NCBI GenBank assembly: GCA_016748015.1
Contig: JAAOMT010000076.1
Span: 124,001 to 188,000 of the forward strand
DNA: 64,000 bases
Source: Geosiphon pyriformis uo1
Taxonomy: Eukaryota; Fungi; Glomeromycota
Direction of reading: 5' to 3'
The translations under genes and the position numbers were made by a program. This document shows positions 36,330 through 51,387 of the stretch, piece by piece (position 1 is the first letter of the stretch; the number at the start of each line of letters is the position of its first letter). Below the pieces are notes generated by a model. That model was not told the DNA's origin. It did no database searches and saw nothing but the letters and a program-made list of their open reading frames with translations.

Positions 36330-39300
36330 TCTTCTAATTTCAAGGCAAATAAATGATAGTATATTTATTATAAAAAGTAAAAAGCAAAAGTAATTTAAAA
36401 AAGAGTAGATTAATTACAAGAAAATAATTAATAAAGAAAATTTAATATTTATGAAATAAATATTAAAACTTTTAAAACAACAAAATATATACAACTCTAC
36501 ATTCTTGATTATTTCAAAATATTTTTTTAAAATAAATTATAAAAACAGTTTTAATTAATCCTGTTTTAAAAATATTATTTGTATAATTATTACGAAATTT
36601 TTTTTTATTTTTATTTTTAAAAAAGTTAATAATAATAATAATACAAATTGAACAAAAATCATATTATTAATAAAATTTATTATTATTAATATTTATAACT
36701 ATTATTATTAAGAAAATATTAGTAAGTCTAAATATTATAATCATAAATTTGTATATTTTACAATCAAAACTGTTTTTTAACAGCTTTTAAAATTTATTTT
36801 TATTGACCAGAATTCTGTTATTAATTTAAAAAAATCTGTATTATAAAATTGTTTAAGCATTTTGTTAATTTTTTAAATAAATACATTACTTAGAAAAAAG
36901 TAATAAAACACTTTATTAACTCTTAAATAACTTTTTATTTTAGTTAATATTTAATAATTAATTGGTTTTTCTTTTTTTTAACACATTTTGAATAAATTTA
37001 ATTATATTATAATTTTGTGTAAATATCTCATAAATTATTTTCTATTATTCTTATAATACAGCAAACCATTTGTAAATATTTGTGCAATATAAATTTTATT
37101 TTCTAAATTGCTTTTGTATATAATTCAATAAATGTTTAACAAGATTATGATTAAAAGATTGTGCTAGTTATTTAAAAAGTAAATTAAAATGTTTTTGAAT
37201 TATTCAAGTTTTTAAATCTTAATTAAAGTATTATATTGTTAAAAAAAATAATGTTATTGATTAAATTTTTATTGAATCACGACAATAAATAGTTTTTTAT
37301 TAATTTAATATATCAAAACTAATTTAATATTATTTTATTAAAACCTAAGAATCCAAATCCAGTTTTACAAAAATATTCTCATATTATAATATTTCTCCAC
37401 ATGTTTTATAATTTTTTTTTATTAAAAATAGTTATATTTTCTCTTTGTATTGTTTAAGATCTATTTCCAATCTTGAATTATCCATTAAAAATGTTTAATT
37501 TACTTATTAAGTTAATTTTTTTGTTGTATTTAAGTTAATAAAGATTTGTTTACAGCAATTCTTAGATAAAAATCAATCTTATATAAAAAAAATACTAATG
37601 GTTTTATTAAGATTTTAATTCTAGTTTAAATAAATTTTATTTAAATTTCTTTAAAAATTGTTTTTTATTATTTTTGTAATTTTTCAAAAGTGTTTTTATT
37701 AAAAAAAAGGTTTACTACTTTTTATATAGACTGAATATTATTGGTTTTTTATAATAAGAAAGTATTTTTGAATACTTTAATTAGAATAATTAAGCTGTAT
37801 TGAGATCAAAAATTACAAATAATCATTTTTTTGTTTTAATTAATAATTATATTTTCAGATGGTTGGTCACGTGTTAAAACCACATAATTTACGTTTATAG
37901 GTATCTTTGTTGTATTTAGAATAGATAGTAAAAGAACCTTAGTATTTTAAAAAAATCATAATCATAATATATTCTCACTATTTATAAATTATAAATATAT
38001 CTATAAATGATTAATATATCTATAAATAAAATTTCAAAGCTTTTTTTTATTTTGTAACACAAAATAACAAAATGTGAAGTGTTTTATAATTTTTTCCAAG
38101 TGTATATGTAATCATATTTAATTAATGGTAATTAACACAAAAACATAAAGTTTTTTTTTAAATACTACTACAATTAGAAAGGCTTATTTGCTTTTGGTTT
38201 TCCAATAAATTTAACATTAGATTGGTTGGATTAAAATAAATCTTTTTAATAAAATTTTTCTATTTATTAAATTTTTTATGTTGATTTTTATTTGTTATTA
38301 TTATAAATAAGGTGAAACCTAATTTAACAGTTTTTCTGCTTTTTTTTTGTTATTATTATTTTATTATCAAATTTATTATTGTTATTATTGTTATTATTTT
38401 GAGATTGTTATTAAACTACTTCTAAAAAAATAGTTTAATAACAACATTTAATTACTATTGATTTTTTATAATAGATAGTAAGCTTATAAAGTTTATAATT
38501 AAATAAAGTTTTGGTTTTTTTGAATTATTTATTTTTAATAATATCGTATAATGTTAATTTTAATGCAAGCTTTATTAATATAGACTGATACAGCTTTTAC
38601 AATACAATATTTTTCGTTATTAACTACCCAAAAGTAATATAACTGATAATTTTATACGACTTTTAATTATTAAATAGGAACCGGACTTTTAAACAATTTT
38701 TATTTTTAATTGGTTATTTTTTCTGTTTGTAAAAAAATAATACTAAAATCTAACTTTGCTTTTTTAATTTTGTATAGTTATTTTTATTTTTATTTTTAAG
38801 TTTCTATTACTCAATTAAAACCAAATAAATATTTTTTGGCTTGTACTTTTACTGTTGAAAATGTGTTTTACTAGGTTTAAAACTAATATGTTAAAGCTTA
38901 AATAAGAAGATTTGTTTAAAAAAATTAATATTAATTTAAATAAATTTTTGGTTTTTGGCATTATTATTATTTTTTTTATTGTTTTAATTATTAATATTTT
39001 GGAAAATTTATAGAAGCATTGAAATATTATTACAGTTTTTTAAAATATGTATAGTATTTTTACAATAATAATAAACAAAAAGACCATGATTTTATTTTTT
39101 GAAGTTATAAAACAGTTATTAATTATACTAAAATTTGTATTTGGGCTTTAAGCTTGGAGAGCAAAAAAAGTAATATTTATTTGAAAAGTAAAAGCAAATA
39201 TTTAAACTAATTTATTAAATAATTTGACATGTTTAATTACAATTTTCTATTAAAAGTGTAGCTTTAATTTTTTCAATTTTAGTAAAAAAAGATATTATTT

Positions 39301-41830
39301 TTGTTTATGTTAATAAAAAATTATTATTCTTTCTGAATGTCTTACCAACAGTTTTTTGGAAAAACCAGATAACTTGAAAATTTTGAAAATATTTACTAAT
39401 AATTGTTGCCTCTTTTTTATAGCTATATAAGCATAACTTTTCAGTTGTAATTAATTATTCAAACACACTAGATTTATTTAAAAACACAAAAATTATAATT
39501 ATAATTAAAAAGTATAACAATATGTGTTATTAATTTTAAAAGTATTGGTCAAAACATAGAATAATATCAATTGTGATAACTTGTTAACAATTACAAATTA
39601 TTTTCAGATTCGCAATTTTAAAGTTAAAAATTTCTTTTATTTATTTTTCTTAATTTTAATATTTTTTCCTTGTTATTTATTAATTTGTTATACTAATTTA
39701 TAACACAAAATAATATTTTCTATAAAGTTTTTAAACTTTTTTTATTAACTATTGTATAAATAATTACTCATTACAAAAAACAAAAAAATACTTTGCTGTC
39801 TATATAATTATTATTTCTTGTTGAATTTGCTTCTTTGTTGAAAAATAATTTATGAGATATTTTCAAAACTTTTAAAACTGGTTTTAATAAATATTTAGTT
39901 AAACCTATACGGCTTACTTTGTATTTTTTTATTTAAGTCTATTTTAAAATAATGATAATATCAATTATTTACTTTACTTAATTACTTTTAATCAATTATT
40001 ATTTAATTTAAAATTACTAAATTTATATTTAAATAGCTGCTAATTATTTAGTTAAAATTTCTTTAAAATCAAAAAAGGTTATTAAACAGTTTATATTTTT
40101 GAAATCTTTTAAATAAATTAGACATATTACAACTGGGACTTTAAAAAAACATAATTTGGCAGAAAATTCTAATTTTTAATATAATTACAAATTTTAAATT
40201 TTAAATTGTCTGATTTTTAATTACAAAGCTGTTTTTTATACTATTCAAATAAAATATTTAGTTCAAAAATATTGTTTTAACCCAATTGATTAATTTTGTA
40301 CTCAAGTTGTTAGAATTATCCAGCAAATTTAGTTCAAAAATTATATTACATTATTCTTAATTTTTATTATTAAATTAACATTTATTATTATTTTACACAT
40401 TAAATTAATCATCTAATTTTTATTAGCAATTTTAAGCTGTTTAAGCTGAAATTAAAAAGATTTCAAATATTTTAGATGAAATTCAATTAATTCAGATGGA
40501 AATTGATAGAATTTACCAAAATAATAATTAGTTTACTGAAAATTACGTTTATTTTTAGGAAATTAGCAACTATCTTGACAAAACAAAAATGCTAAACATA
40601 GAATAATATTACAAGAAAGTTGTATAAAAAAAGCTTTTCTTTTTCAAGAAATGTATTTTACAACAGAATAATAGTTTTAATACTTAAAATAAATAGAATT
40701 CACCAAAACAAATCTTTTTTAATCCAGCTATGACTAATAAAAAATTTCTTATTTTTTTTGTTAAAAATACTAATAATCTTATAGTTTCTTGGCGAATAAT
40801 TATAGATACATTAGGTTTATTTCGGATTATTGGGCTTAAAATAAGTAATTATTGTAATTGTTTAATAAATTAACTTTTTGGGATTTTACGAATAAGAGAC
40901 CTTATTTTAAGTTTTGAAGCTTTACAAGAAAAACACTTGGAATTCAATAAGAATTAACAAATGAATTTAGATTTTTGAATTGGTTGTGACTCTTCAAGAT
41001 AAAAGTTAGTACAACTGTGAACTTTTTACTGCTCAAGTTAAAAAGCAATTGCTCAAATACTTGAAGTTTAAATTGGATATTATTCTGCAGTATTCTTTTA
41101 CAATTACTTAATAATTAAAAATATTATAATAATAAAGATAAGCCAAATTTTTAGCAGAAATATACCAGTATAGAAATTAAAATTACTCTTAACTGAATAA
41201 GCATTATTAAAATAATAGAAAACCTCTGGCAACACTGGTCAATTGACATTATTCGCAACTTTATTTTATAAAATTAATATCAAAATTAATAGTAAATTTG
41301 TTTTTTTTGATACTTAAATACAATATTAACTTTGATAATTAAAAATTTTGCAAAATTTGTTGTTTTTGGTAAAAAATATAGACTTTATTCATGTTGACTC
41401 TATCGTTTTAAGTAAAACTCATTTGAAAAAGTTTGTGAATACATTAATAATTTATATAGACTTGTTTTAAAAATAATTGAGTAATTTCCTCCAAAGTTAA
41501 AAAATATGTTTAAGTGGCTAGCTACTTTAATTATGTAATATTCTGTGTTGCATGTGCATAAATAGTAGTTGGATCACACTTTATAAAAACATTTAAATTA
41601 AAACCAAAAAAATTCAGTATATTATTAAATAAAGAAAAAAATATGTTACAAATTATTCAAAAATTAAAGTAATATTTAAATGAAAAGCGAAATTGTATCA
41701 CTAAAATCTTACTAATTATTAATGCTTGGCTTTTAAAACTTTCAAGATAATATTTTAAAACTTTCTTTTATTTAGCGAAATAAGATTATTATCATAAAAA
41801 TGAACAAGCTATTTAATCCTTGTGATTAAG
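36330..41830. other. Extremely AT-rich, ORF-free block of about 5.5 kb, probably a decayed retroelement
   Basis: Retroelement-like length, CpG nearly absent, no ORF in the track. Family not identifiable by eye. Confidence 0.45.
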
Positions 41831-42624
41831 ATAATGACTATTATATACTGTTTTTAGATTAATCCTTGTTGAAGGTTTTGAGGCCTGATATTTTGTTCAA
41901 GGCGTTTATTCAATTCCTCAAACCGGAACATCTCAGGTCATTTAGGGATTTAATAGGCCTTCATTAATAGACATAGCTTTTCATTTAAAGTACAAAAAGT
42001 AAATATAAATAACTAAATAGATAAGATTTAAATTCAAATAAATATTTGATTGCCTGTTTAGAGTTTATTATTCTTTTGTAAATTATCTTAATTGCAATAT
42101 CTTTTGGTTTACATCTTTTTTACTATAATATCTTATACCATATCTTTTAATCTTTTCATAAACTTATCTTGCTTTATAAAAAGTGTCGAACTCTCAACTT
42201 TGCAATTAATATTCCTCAAATGCTCCCACGGAATCCATTGAAAATAATCAAAGCTACACTTTGACACCGGCATATAGGTTGGATTCGCTACTTTTACTGC
42301 TTGAAAGGTCCTTGTAAGGTTCTTTTTAAAAAAAAGATTTTTTTTTAAAAAGGTTTTACCTAACTTTATGCTTATTCCTTTAGGAACTGGTCAAAATTTA
42401 ACCATAACTTTAATTTATACAACGCAGCTTACAATATCATTATATAATTTAAATAGCTATCGACTTTATTATGTAAAAGTAAGATAGGAATTCATAAGAA
42501 TTATTCATCTACAATCAACTAACTGGCATTGATAATACCTCAAGATTCTATGTTCCTACCAAAGCCTCTTATATATCTAGCATAAAACTTAACTAATTTT
42601 ACTTGAACATATGAGCTTCTTCGA

Positions 42625-43637
42625 TTATTGATCAACTACAAGCCGTCCAATAACAGGGGAAATAAAAACTCAGTATCAGCTCCTTCACCAATGGTGGTTT
42701 GATGAGTTCCCAAAAAACCGGCCGAGGATTGGAGTTTCATTTTAAGATCGGTATCAAATGGAACATTTACCATACCATAAGGTATTTCCTCGGTGACAAT
42801 GCTATTCTTGAGTATTTTATCACCACTTTTTTCATATGGGAAAAAGCTTGCAATCCAGCCATCCCACGAAACCGGTACTCCTGTTCTACCACCACGACTC
42901 ATTAAAACTTTACTCCAAAATTCCTCGTCAATATCACCACGGTACGTCGCAACGAGCTGCCAAACTACCGGTTCCAACCTATCTAACCAAAATCCATGTC
43001 GAGGGAAAGCTCACGAAGTTTAACCACTTTTTTTTGAAGGTTTTCCCAATCTTCGAGAGTTCCCTCAAGAGTGACTTTAGAAATCCCAAAAAGAGTCCAC
43101 ACATGATACTTGAAATATTTTTTCAGAGCATCTAATAAAATCACTCTGCTCGCGGTAGTCACGTTCTCGCCAACTTTTTGAGTAAGCCGATTCACAACGA
43201 CTGGCCAATCACCTTCAAGACAGTTCTTGTTTAATGTTAAAACATCACCCGCGAAAACAGTGATATCTTTTTCTCCTTCATGATTTACAAAATAACTACG
43301 GAATTTTTCAGCATTCAAATTAATATGTTGGCTTACACCTTGAGCAATTGTCAGCCAAACATCATCAGGTGAAATACGAAGATGTTGATGAAGGTTATAC
43401 GCTTGATGAATTGCTGCTACGAAGCCATGAGTAATACCTCCCGTCTTAATTATGGTTGTGGGATTTGGTTTCGCTTCTTCAGGATATTCGATAGAAAGTG
43501 CACTAATCACTTTCGATTCAAATTTCTCAGTATAATGGGTTCTAATCAAAACATTTTCAAGGATTTTGGTTGTTAATTTTTCTGCCTACTATTTGCGTAC
43601 TTTTGTTTAAAGTCGGCGGAGCTAAGGCAACACTCAT
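42625..43637 (-). pseudogene. DUF4419-domain pseudogene
   Basis: HGFVAAIHQAYNLHQHLRISPDDVWLTIAQGVSQHINLNAEKFRSYFVNHEG, GISKVTLEGTLEDW and DGWIASFFPY are DUF4419 motifs. Frameshifts near 43580, 42990 and 42665, plus apparent loss of the conserved FSTTT segment (GENV|TTASRV). Confidence 0.8.
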
Positions 43638-44064
43638 GATGTTAAAATATCTTATTTCTCGCCATCCGATATCAAATTGGCTTTATTTATGTAAATAAGC
43701 TTTCTTTTCTGAGACAATATACCCACGCCCCCCAGGCATCTTATTTAATTCTATTCACAAGTAATGCAATATTGGTTGAATTTGTACATCTATCGACTTT
43801 CTATTTAATGAACAGTATGCATATATATGTATATATACCTATATTTGATTTTCACAATTAAAGTTAAAAATCGCATTGTTTTTTACAAATTTAATAACAA
43901 ACTAAAAGAAAAATAATTATTTATGCAATAAATAAAGCTATTTTGTAGTTAATCGGCGTTGCCGTAAGTAAAAAGGCCGAAGAATTACTCGATAAAATCG
44001 AGTTAAAGAATTTAAGCTAAAAAAATTATAATTTGATTGAAAATTTATTGTTATCTCATAATTT

Positions 44065-46576
44065 GTGTTATCTAATTTCTTTGCTCTTATTTTATGAATA
44101 TTAAATTATTGGAAACCCGTTTGGATATCCAAACTTGAAATCTAATTTTCCTATTTTCAATTGAATATAAAAATACAACCAAATTATTAAAACAATCAAG
44201 TTACATGTAAAATTAATTTGCAGCTAAACTCAGAAATAATTTACAAGTAATAAATATTTTTTGAAATTTAACATATTTCTTGAATAAATAAATTTATATT
44301 CATTTTTTTTCCATTTTACAACAGCTCATATTAGTGGGTTCAAAAAATACACATTCTGTAAATATTCAAAATGGCTCATTTTGTTAAAAATCTGCCAATT
44401 ATAATAACCTAAAAAAGAAAATTATAGACTGATAAATTGTAAAAATTAATTGTCTTTATTTATCCACACTGATTGCTTAGGTGCAGCATTAAACATGAAG
44501 AACGTCACAAAAAAATTTTTACCATTCAGTCATTCAGATTCAATATATTAATTTGCTTTATTTTTTAAGCTAACATACTTGAGTATTACACTAAGATACA
44601 ATGAAAATATATAATTATTAACTTTCAAAGTTTTTATTTACTGTATTTTTTTATGATTGCATAAATCAAAGCTTCAATATTGGATTCATAATCTTTTCAA
44701 ATTTTATAATAATACAACAATAATTATTGGCAAATTAAATTATCTTTAATTGTTTTTGATTATGTTACAAACTTCTGTCATTGCAATTATTGCGACATCT
44801 TTTTCAGTTTTTACAATTTTTCTAGGACAATAGCTATGTTTAAAATTATATAACATAATTAATTCACGAAGATTATGATTTTTATAATAATAATTTTAAC
44901 CTCCTGTTTATTTAATGAATGAAATTTTTTTAATCCTTTTTTCTTTGTTATTTATTTTACTATACTTTTTAAAAATTTAAAGTTATAGCAATGTAAATTT
45001 CACTTAACAATTTATATCACTTTTCATTCTATTTTATAATATTATAAAATGCTGAATTTGCATTTAATTGTTAAGAAATACTAAATTTATCAAGTATATC
45101 TAAAGATAATGGTACTTTGGAAATTTTCTAATTCAATTCTTTTTCATCAAATGAATTTTTTGGGCTTCATTAAATATAGATATTGCTTTGTTTTTCAATT
45201 AAATTGCATAAATTTTTTAACAGAAAGTTTTTATCATTTTTCGCAATGTAATCTTTTTTAATTAATTTAAATACTATTATAAGTTTAAATGAAAAAAATT
45301 AATATTTAATATATATTTTATTTTTGAATGCAATTTTTTATACATTTAAAAGAATTTATTTTGATTTAAAAGTTACTAACATAAAATTTTTCAATGCATT
45401 TCAATCAATTTCTAATAAAATTTTATTATTTGTTATAATTTTTTTTGAAAAATTTTAAACCTTTTAATATTACTAAGTAAAATTTAATCAAGTTTCAATC
45501 GCCTTTCGAAAATAAACTATTTTAATGGTTACTATTATATATGGTTCACTAATTGAATGTTCGTTTATATTCGTGAAATGATGATGATGATTATGATGAT
45601 AATAATAATAATAATAATAAAAATATCAATAATAAATAATTAAGCTTTTAATCGGTTTTTTTATTTTCTGAATTTATATTCAATACTTTTTTGTTAGCCT
45701 AAAGAATATAAATTAATAAAGCATCAAATACATAAAGTATTAAATACCTATAACAAGAATTTTACTCAATGAAATTAGAATATATGCAAAATCGCTTCTT
45801 TTTTAATTTGTTTTTACATGCAAAAATAGTAATTTAACATAAGTTATGTTTAAAATTGTAATATCTATTTTTAACTCCAAAATATAAATTAAAAAAGTAG
45901 AATGGCTGAGGATAATACAACATAATTGGGAATTTCTTAATTTATTTTTGTATTTAAGTAAAATTCGAATTAACAATTCTTTTGATAAGTTTATTTATTT
46001 TTAGAAAACATAGACTTATAATATAGTTTGTTAGCTTTGTGAATCTTCCTGTATAAAATAACTTTGAAAATACAAATAAATTTTAAAATCTGTTATTATT
46101 TCTATAAAAAAATTTTAAATCTCGTGTATTGCCATTTTTTTATTTTTTTTAAAAATGTATTTTGTCAGGTTTTTTAAATCAGATGATAAAAAATTTGGAA
46201 CCAAATTTGACCAGTGAAACTGGTTTAAAAATCACAAAAATAGGATTATAAATCATATGATTTTAAGAAATATAGTCTTTTACTTATTTATATATTATTT
46301 GTTGTTGTAAAAATGGAAAAAAATAATATAATTTTATTTTTTTATTTATTTATTTATTCAAGAAATATGTTAAAATTTGAAAAAGTAGTTAGTATATTAG
46401 ATTATTTATAAGTTTAGTTGCAAATTAATCTTATATGTAACTTGATTGTTTAAATAATTTCGTTGTATTTTTATATTTAAATGAAAATGCGAAAAATAGA
46501 TTTCAAATTTGGATATCCAAAACGGTTTCCCAATAATTTAAAATTCATAAAATAAGAGCAAAGAAATTAATTACAC
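44065..46576. mobile_element. Non-autonomous DNA transposon (about 2.5 kb) with terminal inverted repeats of about 260 bp
   Basis: 44065-44323 is the degenerate reverse complement of 46303-46576 (e.g. taatttctttgctcttattttatgaa..ttggatatccaaa..aacaatcaagttacat..aacatatttcttgaataaataaat). Interior is AT-rich with no ORF; no clear TSD. Confidence 0.8.
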
Positions 46577-46582
46577 TCTAGA

Positions 46583-46885
46583 TGGAGAATATTTAAGCGT
46601 AAAATAGAAAAAAAGTAAAAAGAATGGTGGTAAAAAAAAAATTTTTATTGGCTGGTAAAAGAAAAGCGAGCAAGCCTTTTAGAGGAAGTCATTTTTTCCA
46701 ACATTAGCAGCATATCTGTTCATGTTCAAGCTTGTATAGACGCAGAAGGAGACCATATTAAATATTAGCTTTTTTATATGTCATAGCATTGATATTGAGG
46801 TTTCTTGAATAAAAATATCCTGGATTTGTGTTTAAAAACAATTGTGTAACTCAAAAAAATTGTCCACAATTACTTTCCAAAATGG
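46583..46885 (+). mobile_element. Tc1/mariner transposase C-terminal remnant with probable 3' end
   Basis: WRIFKRKIEK ... VKEKRASLLEEVIFSNISSISVHVQACIDAEGDHIKY* (stop 46766-46768) aligns without gaps to the Tc1 C-terminal pattern (EEWxxIP...LIxSMPxRVQAVIxAxGGHTKY*). TIR-like tgtccacaattactttcc follows at about 46861. Confidence 0.6.
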
Positions 46886-49800
46886 CTTAAAATATAAAAT
46901 ATAGGTAGATTAGTTTTAATACATTGTGTTATTAATTTATACAACAATGCTTTATATTTTGAACCATCATAGATAAAACTATATTATTTAGAAGCAAAAT
47001 TTTGTGCCTTAATAATAGAGAATCAATGTTCCTATGGAAGTTTATTAATTTATTTAAAGAAAATTAGTATTTAAGCACACGATGTATGATAGAATGAAAC
47101 TTTAAAATCATTTAGCGAAATGCTAGATAAAAGGTCTCATAATTTAATATCAAAGATACATAAGTTACAATAGCATTAAAAAAATGTAATTTTAATTTCA
47201 TATTTGTGTGTTACCTGGTAAATAAAAGGGTAAATTTTAGATGGTATTTTGGTTTTTTACAAGGTAATGAAATAAAAAAAAAACTATGTTTTTTATTATT
47301 GAAAAATATTCTAATTCAAAAATTCAATTTTGAGTGATGAATAATATTTTCCCTTAATAAAAATAAATTCTTCAAAGATTCACATCAGTATTAATTTATA
47401 ATAAAGCCTCTATTTGATTACAATCGATAAATTAATTTTTTTCGAGTTGAAAGTCTGGAATCAAGCGTAGCCCCTGATGTGTGACCGTTATCTCAATTTG
47501 CCATATGTTCACACATGGATTCATGTGACTGATTAATCATTTTGGCTTTCGCAAATCAACAAACAAACAGAAAGAAATCAAACGAGATTTTCATTTATAT
47601 CAAACCTGAAAATCTCAACCTGGAGATATTCAAGCTCATTAATAATAAAACGCCATTGTGAAGGATTTTAACGATACTTTTAAATATCTTTTTGAGAAAA
47701 GTTTTTATTTATGCATCTTAAAACGTTTATTTTGAGAGCCTTTTAGCATTTTTACAGAGTCTCAAAGATAGCTAAGCATTATTCCCACAATTATTAAAAA
47801 TATGGCCAGCTATTTATTATTATCTTAAATATTAAACTCTTTATGTATTATTGATGAATATATTTGGCCCAGAATTTTTGATGAAAATTTTAGTCTGAGC
47901 CTTCTAAAGATGTATATGATTTTATTCGGAAATAACATACCCTAATTAATCGGTTTTGATTGAATTATAAAACAATACAAGTAAATATATCCACGACAAG
48001 AGACTAATTCCAAGATTTTAAAAAAAGGCTATATTAAAAATTATTCTCTGAAAGGAAACATGGTTTGATGTTTGAATTCAGAAACCTTGAAGAACAATAT
48101 CTTCTGGCATTCTACAATGAAGCTGTTCAAAAAATGTCTCCTTTTTGCAAATATTATATGTGAACGACAATCGTATAAATTTATGAAACTAAAATTTTCC
48201 AGTAAGTGACTATTTACAAAAGATTCAGTCAATTAAAAATATTTTATTTTATTTTTAATCATTTATCAAGTTATTAACTGGAATTTCAAAAAATTTATAA
48301 TTTAAGGAACTCCATTCTGAAATTGAAAGACCTCATTTCTTGGATATATAAAATATATGATTTTAATGTAATTATTTTCAATAAGTTTTTCGAAAATAAA
48401 AGTTCAAGCGGTTAATAGCGCAATAAAAATTAAAAGTTAATCATTTATATCTATGTAAAAAGTTGGGAAATTTAATTCATAAAATATTATATACGTGGGT
48501 GAACAATTTGCAAATTTTTTGGTAAGAACCGCATATTTATTAAATTTTTTAGATCGTTTAATCTTCATTTATCTATTTAGTTGTAAATAAGAATTGGGTT
48601 TATATGTGTTTTGAATTATGGTGAAGCTATTTTGAATATAAATATGTGATCTTTTGTTTTTTACTATTTGTTTTTTGTTTTTTTTTTTGTAAATTTTAAT
48701 CAATATTTCACCAGTTACGATTAAAAAATTACTCCGATATCTTGGAAAATATTGTCATTAAAAATTTGACAATTTTTTACTTTAATATTTTTCTTTCATA
48801 ATATTTGAGTTGATTTGCTAGATATGACAAAAAAATTTGTTAATAAGTTTCAAAGATTCTAATTACAATTAAAACAAAATCATGCCATTTTACCTGAAAT
48901 ATTAATATAGATGGGATCTGGTAACAAAACAATAAAGTAAACATACAAGTTAAGGGGCATTTTCACATTATTATGCAAATACTTTGGAGAGGCTGAATTC
49001 TTTTACATTTGCAACTCACACCATATTTTTACAAGGTATTGAAAGCTCTTATCTTATCAAAGAAACATTTTTGAATAGCGGTAAAGAAATAAGAAACAAA
49101 AAGCAGGAGCTAAACTGAACTCGAAAAATGCGAAAAGCAAAAAAATTACTTATAAAAAATTTATAATTATTAGAATATATATTAAAAGTAGATTATAAAA
49201 GTCTTAATTTTTATAGTAACATGGCAGAGAAAGACAAATTATAGATCCTCAAGAAATCCGTTTTTCATTTATTGTAAATTTATCACACAATAAACCTTTG
49301 TATTTTCTTTAAAGAGGGCAGTTATTTGTAATTTTATTGAACAAACAAAGGTCATTATAGATAATATTAAGTCTGCAAGGATTAAGAAATTCCCAAAGAA
49401 GTTCATCTTTAGCCGTATTCTTTTCGCCATACGATTGTAAACTAGTGAATTGGGACATAATAATTTGAGTGATAGTATCTTTAAATTAATTCTCAGCAGA
49501 TTCATTGTATTTTACTAAAATAAGTTTTTAACAAATTACATATACCGAAAGAGGTGCTTGCAAACAAACAACCAAACAACCAAACAACCAAACAGAATAG
49601 GGGCTATTCAATAAGAAGGCAATTATTCTTGTAGTTTTTAAAAGTTGTTGACATGGATAAATAAAACTAAAATCTTGCGATAAAGTCTTAAAATGTTTTT
49701 ACTCAAGGAAATAATTTCTAAAAAACCCGACTTTATTTCAATTATTAGTTATGAAGATCGTTAAAAACTGGATTGCGTGTTGAAGCTTGTTAAAATTGGG

Positions 49801-51387
49801 AGGAAAATCTGTGAGATAAAACACATGAAAATATTTTGTAAACGGGATTGCTAAGTCTCCTATTATTATTATTATTATTCAAAAAAGAATGAACGCTCGA
49901 ATTCCTTGCTTTTATTGACTCTTATTTATTAGCTGATAAATAAATTAAATCCTCAATGTATGTTAATTTCCTTTTTATACCTAATTTCTTCCCAAGAAAA
50001 TTTATATCTTTGGTTAATGCTGAAAATAAAATAAAATGTACTTTGTTTGTTTCATTGTGATTCATTTTGAGTAAAGATCAGTTTTTATGACTTTGAGCAT
50101 TTTTTTTCTCATACTTTAAGTTATGAGAGTCCCATCAAAATAGAGTACCAGGAGATTTAAAATTCCAGGAATAGTTGAACTTCAAAGTCACATTCAGCCA
50201 CCTTCCCAATTAATGGTCATATTCATTAGGTATTGTTCGATCAAAAACTCAAGAGCTTTTAGAAGTCTGCTGAATATCCAGGCTTTCATTGTGTAAAACC
50301 TAATTATAATATTTATCTAAACCGAATAGATTTCTCGCTTACTGCGTTGTCTTCCGTTAATTCGAACAGTGACTCCTCCAAAATAAAAATTTTCATGCCT
50401 CTATTAGTTCTTTTCAAAAAAAAATTTAGCAAAATTCTTTTTATTCAAAAGAATTTTATCATAGTTAGTTAATTTTGACGCCGTGGGAAATTGTGAATTC
50501 CTAAGGCTGAAGGAATAATTTACAGAACCGAATGTCTATAACTTTTTGAAACCTGTTTCGTCAAATGATCAAAGTTTTCCAAGTGCTTGTTATGTAGAAA
50601 AGGATATTTATTTCAATGTTTAGTAAAGACCACAAGATTTCAATAATATTTTGGATAGGATTATTGTATCTAACAATACGCCATTTTTGATGAAATTTTC
50701 GATTGAATAAATCTTTAAAGTTTTGTTTCAATCATCTCGAGTCACTTTGATATAGTCGCCACGAAAGAGCTTTTCCTTATTCGTTACAAACTGAACCAAT
50801 TATTTTTGATTGAAAAACGTGAAACCAGGATTCATCATGTAGTTTGATCAACTGGAAATTCATCATTTATGTCTTATCTTATATTTTGGAACGATCATAA
50901 ATCCTACTATCTATACCCTTATCATAATTATGCTCAAAAAAATTATTTAGCCATCAAACATCTGTACACGTGTTATTCTTAAAAACGACTCAAAATAATT
51001 GGCCCATTTTGTTCAAAGGTTATGGGTATCGCACCTAAACTACCATGAATTTGGACATAAGCATCGATGCCTAGAGTTATGAGCGGGTTATTTTGTTTGA
51101 AGTTTTTGTTTTTAAGTTTCTTTCAATATCAAATCTTGTAGAAAAACACATAGAATCATACTTTTTTGAATAAACATCTATACACATAATATCTTTTTCT
51201 TTCAGCCCCGCCTTATTGCAAAACAATATAAAAAGACAAGCTGAATCCGCTTCTTTCTAACCTCATCTAAAAATCAAAGCTTGACGCTTTACATCAAAAG
51301 ATCAAAAATTAATTGCACGTTTTCTTTTTAGAAATATTTTTTTCCAGTAAACTTTTATAACAACTATTATTCAATTACCTTATAAAA

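Noticed and set aside
51227-51235. TATA-like box upstream of the secreted repeat gene
   Set aside because: Such motifs are ubiquitous at this AT content; no TSS data.
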